Shown one piece after another: positions 50,751-64,000 of a stretch of DNA of 64,000 bases (the first letter of the stretch is position 1; every line of letters begins with the position of its first letter). The stretch is taken from the NCBI RefSeq assembly GCF_006345805.1, contig NC_043026.1, positions 7,502,001-7,566,000 on the forward strand. The letters run 5' to 3'. Origin of the DNA: Octopus sinensis. Lineage: Eukaryota. Made by a program: the position numbers and the translations under genes. The notes beneath the pieces are model-generated. The model was not told where the DNA came from. It saw only the letters and a list, made by a program, of their open reading frames with translations, and searched no databases.

Positions 50751-52749
50751 ACCAGCATCCAGACACCAGCCTTGCTTCTCTTTACTAATGTCCTCCAGGT
50801 TCATAACAGATGAGTTCTGACAGACTGTTTGCAGAATTCCTTCATAGCGATGATCTGATTCTTACGGAGTACTGGTTCTCAACCGGGATCCCTATTAGAT
50901 TTTTGTGGGTTCCATGGACACAAAAAGATAAATCGGGGACCCACATTATTTTACTAAATTCTTTGTTATATTTAAAATTAATTGAAAGAAGCACAGAGCA
51001 TCTCAAAATAAATATGGTAACAAAAGGGTTAAGATGGTAAAAGTGAGTAATCCTGCCAGGGACTGGCGTCCCATCCAGGTGAAAATATATACATCATGGA
51101 AACCAAGAAACCAACCCTTGTGAGTCAGCATCACTCAAGAAGGTAGCTTTACCTTTTTTTTTTTACATATAGGTGCAGGAGTGGCTGTGTGGTAAGTAGC
51201 TTGCTTCCCAACCACATGGTTCCAGGTTCAGTCCCACTGCATGGCACTTTGGGCAAGTGTCTTCTACTATAGCCTCAGGCCAACCAAAGCCTTGTGAGTG
51301 GATTTGGTAGACGGAAACTGAAAGAAGCCCATCATATATATGTATATGTATATATATATTTATATGGGTGTGTGTGTGTGTGTATTTGTGTGTCTGTGTT
51401 TGTCCCCCGCAACATCGCTTGATAACCGATGGTGGTGTGTTTACGTCCCCGTAATTTAGCGGTTCAGCAAAAGAGACTGATAGAATAAGTACTAGGCTTA
51501 CAAAGAACAAGTCCTGGGGTCGATTTGCTCGACTAAAGGTGGTGCTTCAGCATGGCCACAGTCAAATGACTGAAACAAGTAAAAGAGTAAAGAGTATAGT
51601 GTGCCCAGGGTAAAACTATGGGTGCCCAAGTGGAACTCCAAGCAGTCTGAGAGACAGGACACGTTGGCACGAAGGAGAAACACTGTTGCAGTTTTGTTGT
51701 GAGTGAAGAGAGGGAAAGAGGGAGAGCCTTTCAAAGGTCCTCTTGAAGAAGTTGGCAGCTCCTGTTTCCTAATTAAACGGCTTTTAATGATATCACCTAG
51801 GTAACAGAAACTGCCATCAGAAGGGATGGGTGTCCTGGAAGCATTGTTGTGAGAATAAAGGAAAGATGTCCCAGAAACAAGGAGAATGTCATTGCCCCTG
51901 AAAGGGGCCAAAGTGTTTCTTATTCTTTTACTTGTTTCAGTCATTTGACTGCGGCCATGCTGGAGTACCGCCTTTAGTCGAGCAAATCGACCCCGGAACT
52001 TATTCTTTGTAAGCCCAGTACTTATTCTATCGGTCTCTTTTGCCGAACCGCTAAGTGACGGACGTAAACACACCAGCATCGGTTGTCAAGCAATGCTATG
52101 CTGGGGACAAACACAGACAAACAACACAACATACATATATATATATATACGACAGGCTTCTTTCAGTTTCCGTCTAATAATATAAAGAAGATTCTTTGGG
52201 ATTTGTGAATAAACTCTGATTGTTGAGGAAGCATTCATAGGTGCAGACGTGTGTGTGTGTGTGTGTGATAAGAAACTTGCTTCTCAACCACTTGGCTTCA
52301 GGTTCAATCCCACAACAGGGCATTTGGACAAGAACATTCTACTTTGATCTGGATTTGAGCAACGACTTGTGAGTAATTTTGGTGGGTGGAAACTATGTTG
52401 AAGCTTGTTATATATATTACTCCCTCTCTCTCTCTCTCACACACACACATGCACACACACACACATGCACACACACACACACACACAAAACATGGGGGTA
52501 GTAGTGTGCGTGTGTTTGTGTTTGCTCCCCCCCCCCCGCACACACACAGCCAACTCTTAAAAACTGATGTTGGTTTGTTTATGCAACCATGACTTAGCAG
52601 TTCAGCAACTGAGATCAACAAAGTAAATACCAAGCTTAAAATAGTATCTCTGAGAGGAGGTGGATGATTAGTCAAATTAACATTACAGGGTGGTGCTCCA
52701 GCATGGCTGCACTCCAATAACTAAGGCAGTACAAGATATATACATACAT

Positions 52750-52804
<55 letters not shown>

Positions 52805-52908
52805 CCATATATATATACATACACATATATATACTATCCATCAATATATATATATTTATATACACATATAAATATATATTTATATATATATATATATTTA
52901 CATATGTA

Positions 52909-52941
<33 letters not shown>

Positions 52942-53177
52942 CTGTGTGTGTATATATATATATATCTGTATACACACACACATAACATATACATTTGTAC
53001 AAACACATTTGCACACCTATATATATTTATAGAAACATATGTACACAGACATAATCATATATGTATGTATTTATCATATATATATATATATATATCACAT
53101 TTTCGTGTACATATGAGCGTGGTGTGTGAGTGGGTGCACATGCAAGTGTGTAAGTGCAAGTGTGAATGCAACAGTAC

Positions 53178-53212
<35 letters not shown>

Positions 53213-54570
53213 CAACGACGACGACCACCACCACCGCCCCCTATCACCTACACCCCCTCCACCACCACCACCTGCTCTAGCAAAACATAGACAGACCCAA
53301 GGCTATATGGATGAGCTGAGTTCTTGTTTATACAAATCTGTTTGTCTTACACGATAATGAGCTGTGTGTGTGTATGTGTATATATATACGCATATGTGTG
53401 TGTGTGTGGATGTGAGTGTTATATATAGGTGTGCCAGTGGAGATTTCTGTGTGTGTGTGTATATATATAATTGTGGGGTGTGTATGAGAGGGTATGTTTT
53501 ATATATATATATATATATATCCATATACATACACACACAGGTATGTATACATATAGATGCATATAACAATATATATATGTGAGTGTGTATATATATAAAT
53601 ATGTATATATATATATATATATTTGTATACATACGTATGTTTACATTTCTGTATATACATTCATATATATAGAATATAAATATATGTGCATATATTTATA
53701 TATATACACAAACATGTATACATACATAAGTGTGTATACATATATTACATTATTATATGTATATATATATATATAAATATACACACATGAATATCACATA
53801 CAATGTGTGTGTATGTATGTTTGTGCTGATACACATAATTGAACACATACACAGACACACACAAATATACACAAACACTGATGCATGTATGTATATAATA
53901 TATATTTCCCTATGAATCTATGTACACACACACACATGTGTGTGACCATATGCTCCTACATAGTGTCTGACTTGTCTAAATATTCTTCTGCAGAGTTGTA
54001 ACCAGACCTAACATAATGAGGCCTCCACATACACTTGTCACTGCCCACATGCATACACTTACATATAGTACATACATAGATTATATATCTATAATATATA
54101 CATATATACACACACATATATATATGCAGACTTTATACATATATATATATTATATAATATATATATATTATACATAAATATACATGTGTGTTGTGTAATG
54201 AATTAGTATATATATATTTATATATGTAGGGATACAATATCTATATATTCTCCTCTCGTCCTCTCTCTCCTCTCTCTCTCTCTATATATATAATATATAT
54301 ATTATATAATAGATATATATATTATATATAATATATATATATTAATATATATGTATATATATATGTATACTTTTGTGTGTATGAGTGTCTCTATGTATAT
54401 TTATGTATGTTCATGCACAAGTATGTATATGAGAGTATTCTTGTGTATACAATATACAATATGTGTGTGAGTGTGTGTCTGTTGGTATGTATGAATATAT
54501 AGGTATCAGTATGTTTGTTTATATGTATATACAAATAGAAAGAGAACTACACAAATACCCACGCATACAA

Positions 54571-54626
<56 letters not shown>

Positions 54627-56129
54627 AAACATTTTATGAACTTTTGACACTATTAGTACACAAAAAATATAAACACACACACATACACAAATACACACAC
54701 ACACACATACACAAATACACACACACACACATACACAAATACACACACACACACATACAGACACACCCAGATGTATGTGCATAGACATACACATCAATAT
54801 ACATATACATACGTATGTGTTTGCAGGTATGTATATATGTGTTTGCATGTGTGTGTATGTGAGTGTGAATGTGTATGCTAACACACAACATGCCTGTATA
54901 TATGTTTGGGTGTATATATGTACGTGTGAGTACAATTCCCGTTTATATTTATTCACCTCCAATATTCTCGTTAATAACTGCACTTGCAGAGGTTTCCAAC
55001 TAACGAGGTGTATATATGTGTGTGTACATACATAAATACACACATATACACACACAATGAACTTAAATATACATATGGGGTAAGAAGCTTGCTTCCCAAC
55101 TACATGGTTCTGGGTTCAGTCCCACTGTGTGGCACCTTGGGCAAGTATCTTCTACCATAGCCTTGGGCCAACCAATTCCTTGTGAGTGGATTTGGTAGAT
55201 GGAAACTGAGAAAAGCCCATCGTATATATATATATATACACACACATATTTATATATTTATATAAATATATATATATATATATATGTATGTATGTGTGTA
55301 TTTGTGTGTCTATGTTTGTACCCCCACCATTGCTTGACAACTGATGTTGGTTTGTTACATCCCTGTAACATAGCGGTTTGGCAAAAATAGACCAGTATAA
55401 TAAGTCCTGGGGTCGATTTGTCTGACCAAAGATGATGCTCCAGTATGGCCGCAGTCAAGTGACTGAAACAGTTAAAACAATAATAGACTATACATAATGT
55501 ATGTATATATTTATCCTGTCTTCTCTGTATCGTCTCCTACAATCTCATGTTTTCCCTGCACTTTCTACTTTCACTTTCCCTTTCACCTATAGAACCCTTG
55601 TTTTGCCAAACGGTTACTCTGTCCCCATTAACTCAGTTCGTCTCACTCTCTTTCTATCCCTATATATCTCTGACCACATCTGTGGCACTGTGCATCTCAC
55701 TTGTACCCCCACCCCCACACACCTCACACCATCTCTACTGCCAACTTTTATTTCGCTGAGTCAAAAGTTTCATAATATTTTGCTGACTTTTTTTGCTTTA
55801 TTCATCAAACTGCAACAAAACAAGATTACGATTCAATGTTGAGGCCATCGTGTTGCACCTTTCTGCCAGTTCTTTGATCCTGAGCTGAGACCAGTCCTTG
55901 TCCTTTGACATTTCTTTTCTCCTGCTGAAGCATCATAAGTGCAGATGGTGCAACATGATGGCATCTAATCTGAATGCACTTGGAGTCACCTGGATTTGAA
56001 CTTCTTTCTCCCAAGGTACCAGGCAGTGGGACTGAACCCGGAACCATGTGGGCAGAAAGCAAACATCTTATACAACAATGCCTACAAATATATGCATACA
56101 CACACACACACACACACACACACTTTAGA

Positions 56130-56161
<32 letters not shown>

Positions 56162-56234
56162 TACAGACAAAAAGATAAATAGACAGACAGATAGACAAAC
56201 AGATAGAGATACACACCTACCCCCCACGCACGCG

Positions 56235-56268
<34 letters not shown>

Positions 56269-56515
56269 GACCAAAATATTAATATACAGTAATTTCATAA
56301 AAGCAACTTTTATATAAAATGTCTTCTTACTGAACTTTGAACTCTTTTGATTGAAGAATTATTTTGGCAAAATTGTATGGAATGGAATTATTTTTGGAGT
56401 CACCTGGATTTGAACTTCTTTCTCCCAAGATGGCAAAAATGGTAATTTTTAAATTCTACTCTCCTGTCTATGTGTCTCTTCCTCCCTTGCTCCATAAATA
56501 TAAATATACATACAT

Positions 56516-56554
<39 letters not shown>

Positions 56555-57523
56555 CCGGAGGAAACACATAAATGTGAAACAAGGTGGAAAAAAGAGTACT
56601 CAAATACCAGTGGTTGAGTAATATGCTTTATTTAAAGCTGCAGAAAATTCAACAAAACCTGTTACTGAGTTTCACGTAACAGGTTTGTTTGAATTTTCTG
56701 CTGCTTTAAATAAAGTATATATATATATATAATATATATATATATATATAATAAGATATATGAGGAATATTATTCCAAACTTACAGGGAAAATTCAATTT
56801 AGAAATACTAAATCAATTTCACAAAATATGATATATATATTTATATATTATATTATATATGTTATTCTCCCAGATATATACGTTTTATTTATTATTTTGC
56901 ACATTACTTAATCATTGTTATATGTTTTATATCTTATATTTAATATTTCTATAAGATGTAATTTTTCTAAATGGTATAATTTAATTTTTCATTATTGAAT
57001 TGATAAAAGGTATTTTTTTTCTTCTAATTTATGTGTGTGTGTGTGTGTGTCATCATCATTGATTAACATCCATTTTCCAGATAGATATATACATACGTAC
57101 ATGTATTCAATTATGGATACGTAAACATTATCGTTTTGTTTGTTCATTGGTTTGCTGCTGCCTGGCACTTTGGGAGATGACTCTCTCATGATACAGGCTG
57201 TTAAAACACCTGCAAGTTACAAACAGGTGAGGCAACTCACCTCCAATCACATCCAACATTGATGGATACTGATATTTCATCATTTTGTGGCTTATCAACA
57301 TCATGTACCTGAATCAATATGGGGCTAAACTGAACCACCAGTCTATGACTACACACACACACACACACACTCTCTCTCTCTCTCCCTCTCCCTCCATCCC
57401 CCATCTCTCTCTCTCACCCAACCTCTAGCTTCTCTTAATACTTTTTCTTCCTTTGCATACAGGATTTCACCCTAAACCTCAAATTCTCTCGTTTTTTCTA
57501 TATCAGTTGTTAACTTTATTTAC

Positions 57524-57561
<38 letters not shown>

Positions 57562-58142
57562 CGCAGGAATGGCTGTGTGGTAAGTAGCTTGTTTACCAAC
57601 CACATGGTTCCGGGTTCAGTCCCACTGCATGGCACCTTGGGCAAGTGTCTTCTACTATAGCCTCAGGCCGACCAATGCCTTGTGAGTAGATTTGGTAGAC
57701 AGAAACTGAAAGAAGCCTGTCGTATATATGTATGTGTGTGTGTTTGTGTGTCTGTGTTTGTCCCCCTAGCATTGCTTGACAACCGATGCTGGTGTGTTTA
57801 TGTCCCCCGTTACTTAGCAGTTCGGCAGAAGAGACCGATAGAATAAGTACTGGGCTTACAAAAGAATAAGTCCTGGGGTCGATTTGCTCGATTAAAGGCG
57901 GTGCTCCAGCATGGCCGCAGTCAAATGATTGAAACAAGTAAAAGAGTATATATATGCGTGTGCATATGTATATATGCCTGTGTATATGTGTATATATATA
58001 TGTGTATATATTATATATAGCATTTCTGCTCTTTCTCCGCCCTCTGTTTTATTTCACATGTCTGATTTTATGAATAATTTCACTGCTGTGTCTCCTCCTG
58101 GATGTATAATCATTGTATTTGGATGAAATATACATACATACA

Positions 58143-58184
<42 letters not shown>

Positions 58185-58530
58185 ATGCACGCACACACAC
58201 ACATATATATATATATATATTATATATTACGCATATATTTTTGTATATATTTATAGATATAAATATAATACGTGAATATGTAATGTTTATGTGTGTGTAT
58301 ATATATATAAGTATATGTATGTTTATATATATATGAATATATATATATGTGTATTAATGTGTATGTATACATATAAGCATATACATGTATAGATACATAT
58401 GTATAAATACACAAATGGTTTATACACAACTATGTCTGAAGATATTCTATGTCATGTGTGCATGCATATAATATTTTATATATCTATATACATATAAATA
58501 TACACACACACAGACAAATTATATATATAT

Positions 58531-58610
<80 letters not shown>

Positions 58611-58614
58611 TATA

Positions 58615-58715
<101 letters not shown>

Positions 58716-58905
58716 CAAATACCTATACACACACACACATATATATATACATACATTACATAGAATTAGTAACCTTTTGCCCTGTAATAGCAATAAATCT
58801 GTGAAGAATTTAATAACTCTGAAGACATTCACTCCACCACCACCCTTGCTACCCCTTCCCTCCAACAATCATCATCATCGTCCTCCTCATCATCATCAGA
58901 ATCAT

Positions 58906-58937
<32 letters not shown>

Positions 58938-59539
58938 TCGTTAGCATCATCACAGTTAACTCCCGCCACACACACAAATTTAATTGCAAAATTCCCAGAA
59001 TTCCATGGGTTCGATATTGGCAAGGAACAGAGCGGAGGGGTCGGAGATGAAGCTGTGTCAGAGGAGGTGGGGAGCATGTTGATGGACGAAAGCTGGTGGT
59101 GGGAAAAGCAGGGGGGGTGATATGGGGTTAGGGTGTGTGTGTGCGTGGAAAGCGGAGATGCCATCAGAGTTGGTGGCCTAAATGTGTCTATTGATGGTTA
59201 ATGTGGCGTAAACGATGGCCTCATAAAAGCTCATTAACTATAAAGTGTGATGGTGGGATGGTGGGAGGGAGGTTTGGGGGTGGCCACGGATGGATGAAGT
59301 AAGTACTGAGAAAGAGGGACCCTCCTCCTTGATGGTGAATGATGGGAGGGAGGGAGAGACTTTTATGACTGAAGACTGGGTGGGGCTCACGGGGATGGGT
59401 GAGAGGAGCACTGAGTACCTGGGAGAGAGGTTTCATAATATATATAGACAAATGTATCTGTTTATATATATACACACCCACATATATATATATATACATA
59501 TATAAAGAAGGATAGAGGGAGTGAGAAAAAAGAGATACC

Positions 59540-59572
<33 letters not shown>

Positions 59573-59783
59573 TTTCTATTGTCTATAATATATAGATATA
59601 TATATATATTTTATATCTATATATTTCATTATCATCATCATCATCGTTTAACGTCGCTTTCCATGCTAGCATGGGTTGGACGATTTGACTGAGGTCTGGC
59701 GAACCATTATATATATATATATATATATATGTATAATATATATGTATATATATATATATATATGTATTATATATGTATGTGTG

Positions 59784-59814
<31 letters not shown>

Positions 59815-59817
59815 ATC

Positions 59818-59848
<31 letters not shown>

Positions 59849-62800
59849 CACTCTCCCTCCCTCTCTCTCTCTCTCCATATATATATATATACATATATAT
59901 ATATCATAATATTAGGGTAAGAAGAATTATAGAAATTATTATTAATGTGTTCTAATGTACACGATATTTATATATATATATATATATGTCTATGCACATA
60001 TACAAATCTATGTTGTGCCTCATGGAAGCAATGTGGCCAATGCCAGCAGTTTGTAAGAAGCACCTTTTGAGTGTTGGGCCTGATGGAGGCAATGACAAAT
60101 GACCGAGACCTTTGGCATTTTGCCATGCTTGAGAAGAAGACCCATGAAGACAAGCAAGATTATATCCATGGTAGATACTGGTGTCACACAAATGGCACCC
60201 ATGCCGGTCGCACATAAAAAGCACCCATTGCACTCTCAGAGTGGTTTGACATTAGAAAGGCCATCCAGTTGTGGAAAACCATGCCAAATCAGACTGGAGT
60301 CTGGTTCAGCCCCTCAGATTGCCAGCCCTGGTCAAACCATCCAACCCATTCCAATATGCTAACGATTCTTTTCTACTCTAGACACAAGGCCCGGAATTTT
60401 GGGAGAGGGTCCAGTTGATTAGATCAACCCAAGTATGCAACTGGTATTTAATTTATTGACCCCCAAAAGAATGAAAGGCAAAGTTGACCTCAGCAGGATT
60501 TGAACTCAGAACATGAAGACAGATGAAATACTGCTAAGCATTTCACCTGGTATGCTTATCGATTCTGCCAGCTTACCTGCTTAACGAATAACTAATGTTA
60601 ATTTCAAATTTTAGCACAAGGCCAGCAATAACCTTCAACACCAGAATTTATCTGCTACTTTTTTTTTTTATCAGCTCTGAAAGGGTGGAAGGCAAAGTCA
60701 ACCCAGGTGGAATTTGAACTCGCAATGCAAAATTGGATTAAAGGCTGCTAAGCATTTTTGACCGGTGTTACTAACGACTCTGCCAGCCTTGCGGCATTAA
60801 CTGCAATATAATGGCACAAGATGGTGATGATGATGATTATGATAGTGATGATGGTGGTGGGATGGTGATGACAGTGATGAAATGGTGATGATGATGATGA
60901 CGATGCTAATAAGATGATGTTGATGATGATAGATGGTGATGATGATGATGATAATGATGTTGGTGATATTGATGATGGTGATGGCGATGAGGATGATGAT
61001 GATGATGATAGTGATGATGGTGATGACGGTGATGAAATGGTGATGATGATGATGACGATGTTAATAAGATGATGATGATGATAATGATGGTGGTGATATT
61101 GATGATGGTGATGGTGATGAGGATGATGATGAGGATGGTTGCAATGATGATGATAATGATGATAATGATGATGACAATGATGACGACAATAAAGATGAAG
61201 AAGTCTCCAGACATATATTCAATATTTATGATCTTCCTGCATTTCTCCAATGTCAAAGCCATTATCTTCTTTTGCAAAAATGAATGTTGAAATATTTCCA
61301 GTGGGTTCCCAGGTGCCCTCTCAGGGGAGCCAAAGGTCAGATATTTCAGAAACCAGACTCCACTCCGCTCTTCCATGACAAGGTTCGCATTTATTTATGT
61401 CAAACTTCCGTGTCTCTGTTCTGTTCTGTTCAAAGAAAGTCCAAAACAGCCAGAAGAGATCAATAGACTTAGATTAACCAAAGTCTTTGGAAGAAAATAA
61501 TTCTTTAATTCACTCCTGTCCTTGGTCTGTGGCCATGCTGGGGCACTGCCTTGAAGTGTTTAGTACTTTATATATTGTTTTTTTTTAAAGTCTGGTATTT
61601 ATACTATCAGTCACTGGCATCAAGAACATAAACAAACCAGCACTGGTTGTTAAGCTGTGAGGCAATCAACCACGTTATTTCACATGGAATGAAAACTTCT
61701 TATGATAGCATGCCTCCGTGAGGCCCAATGCTTAAAAAAAAACATTAGGGCATTGAGCTTCACAGGGTGAATGTGGCCGATGCAGGTGCCATGTGACTGA
61801 CATCCATACCTATGACAAGTAAAAGCGCCCATTACACTCTCGGAGTGGCTGGCATTAGGAAGGGGGTCCAGCTGTAGAAACAATGCCAAATCAGACTGGG
61901 TGTCTGTGTGGCCCCTAAACATGCCAGCCCTGGTCAAACTGCCCAATCCGTGACAGCATGGACAACGGACATTAAATGATGATGATGATAAAATTCACAG
62001 TTGTAATTAGCACAAGTGAAACCGGTCGACTATATAAGCATTTATTCTCATGAAAATCTATATTTTCAGTGCATTTTCCTTCTTTTTATATTTTTCACTA
62101 CAATTCACCATATGGAGGAAAGAAATTTTCATTGAAGCTTGTTCATAAAAAAACACACACACATGTAATTATATATATATATGTTTGTGTGCGTGTGTAT
62201 ATATATATATATATACATATGTACATATGAAGTTGTTATTTGTAAATTAGAAACAGCCAATAACCTTGATGCTGCTAAAAGAACTCAGTGACTTGACACA
62301 AGATGCAGAATCTAAATGTTTTATAAAACAGAAATATGGACTGACTGGGACTTCGAAGTTAGGTTGAGACTGGAGAAACAAACAGGAGGCAAAAAGACTA
62401 TAAGAGAAAAAGATGGAGGTGGGAGGCTTCAAGAAAGAAAAATAATTTTGAAGACCCAAGGGGGAGGAGGGGTGGGTGACAGAAAGGTGTAGCAAGGGTG
62501 GGGGGAGGGGTGAAAATTAAGAGAAAAAAAGAAATGAGGTTTCATAATTATCTTACATAACGAAAGAGGATGACGAAGCCAGGCTGTAAGAAAATATAAT
62601 AATATATATATATATATATGTGTTTATACAAGTGTGTATACAATAACACACGACATATAGACAAACATAGTGGTGAATACATTCATGTGTGTGCATATAT
62701 ATATATATATATATACATACACATACATATATATATATATACATACACATATATATATATACATACACATATATATATACATAAATATATGAGAACATAT

Positions 62801-62877
62801 GTGTATATATACACACATATTAACTTGTATGTATGTGTGCATATCTGATACAACCAATGTGTGAATATATATTCATA

Positions 62878-63242
62878 CTATTATTATTATTATTACTTTT
62901 GGGTTTTTCTTCTTCTTTCAAATTTGCTTCCATTTCTTGCCGAGTGTCTTCCCGACTCCTAGGGCAAAGAAACTCATAGTATACATTGGTAGGCCATTAA
63001 ACTAAACTCACTAGTTTGTTCATTTTTTTTTTTTTTTAAAGTTAAATTAAATATATGGGTAGTAATAGTTCTCACATCGACAATGCTCTTCTCAATACGT
63101 GTGATGTACCAGTTAAGACAATCTTTTGCACTTCCTGCAGGGATGGTAAGCCAGGGATCATTCTCATATAATTTTCGGTTCCCTTCTTGATTATTCCTAG
63201 TGCTCCTACGATCACTGGTATTGTAACCGCCTTGAGATGCCA
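62878..63242 (-). mobile_element. R4/Dong-like RLE non-LTR retrotransposon 3' end with (TAA)n tail
   Basis: 63242-63072 reads WHLKAVTIPVIVGALGIIKKGTENYMRMIPGLPSLQEVQKIVLTGTSHVLRRALSM* (P.(V/I).GALG...QK.VL.GT..(I/V)LR motif), followed by a 3' UTR and a (taa)n tail. Confidence 0.8.
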
Positions 63243-64000
63243 TTAAAGTGGTGAGCTGGCAGAATCGTTAGCTCCCCGAGCAAAATGCTTAACTGCATTT
63301 CATCCATCTTCACGTTCTGAGTTGAAATCCCACTGGGCTCAATAAATGAAGTACCAGTGAAATACTGGGGTCAATGTAACCAGATAATCTCCTCACCCCA
63401 AATTTCAGGCATGGGTTGGACGGTTCGACCGGGGATCTGGGAAGCCAGAAGGTGCACCAAGCTCCAATCTTGATCTGGCAGTGTTTCTACAGCTGGATGC
63501 CCTTCCTAACGCCAACCACTCCGTGAGTGTAGTGGGTGCTTTTACGTGCCACTGGCCTAGGGATCACAACTACAATTTCTGTTTGATTTTGAGATATATA
63601 TATACATATATTACAAACACACACATGTATAGGCGTGGCTGCGTGGATAGGCAGAGGTTGCCTCCCAACCACATGGGTCTAGGTTCTGTGTGGCACCTTG
63701 GGCAAATGTCTTCTATTATAGCCTCTGGTTGGCCAAAGCCTTGTCAGTGGATTTGGTAGACGTAAACTGAAAGAAGCCTGCTGTATATATGTATGTATGT
63801 GTGGTGTGTGTGTATGTGTAAGTCTGTGTTAGTCTCCCCACCGTTGCTTGACAACTGTTGCTGATGTGTTTACATCCCCATAACCTAGCTGTTCAGCAAA
63901 AGAGAGCGATAGAATAAGTACTAGACTTACAAAGAATAAGTCCTGGGGTTGATTTGTTCAACTAAAGGCGGTGCTCCAGCATGGCTACAGTCAAATGACT

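Overview
AT-rich, microsatellite-saturated eukaryotic DNA, very probably from an octopus or other coleoid cephalopod (inferred from the SINE and RTE repeat families). Most of the ORF track is low-complexity noise. The window lies inside one minus-strand gene for a Tiki/TRABD2 (TraB-domain) Wnt-inactivating metalloprotease. I reconstructed five phase-compatible GT-AG exons: 44535-44214, 23347-23257, 8532-8410, a possible cassette exon at 8295-8221, and 2204-2082. The N-terminal and last exons appear to lie outside the window. The introns hold several tRNA-derived SINE families, RTE, CR1 and R4/Dong LINE fragments, mariner/Tc1 relics, a hAT MITE with an 8-bp TSD, non-autonomous Helitrons, palindromic elements and two satellites. 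The most unusual signal is about 15 minimal type I hammerhead-ribozyme motifs (CTGANGA...GAAAC-palindrome-GTH) from roughly nine unrelated short non-coding element families. These sit in or beside (TA)n tracts, often in fold-back structures, and resemble Penelope-like or retrozyme-like elements. Two families have fixed non-canonical cores (CTGTTGA, CCGACGA). No database searches or folding programs were run, and repeat boundaries are approximate.
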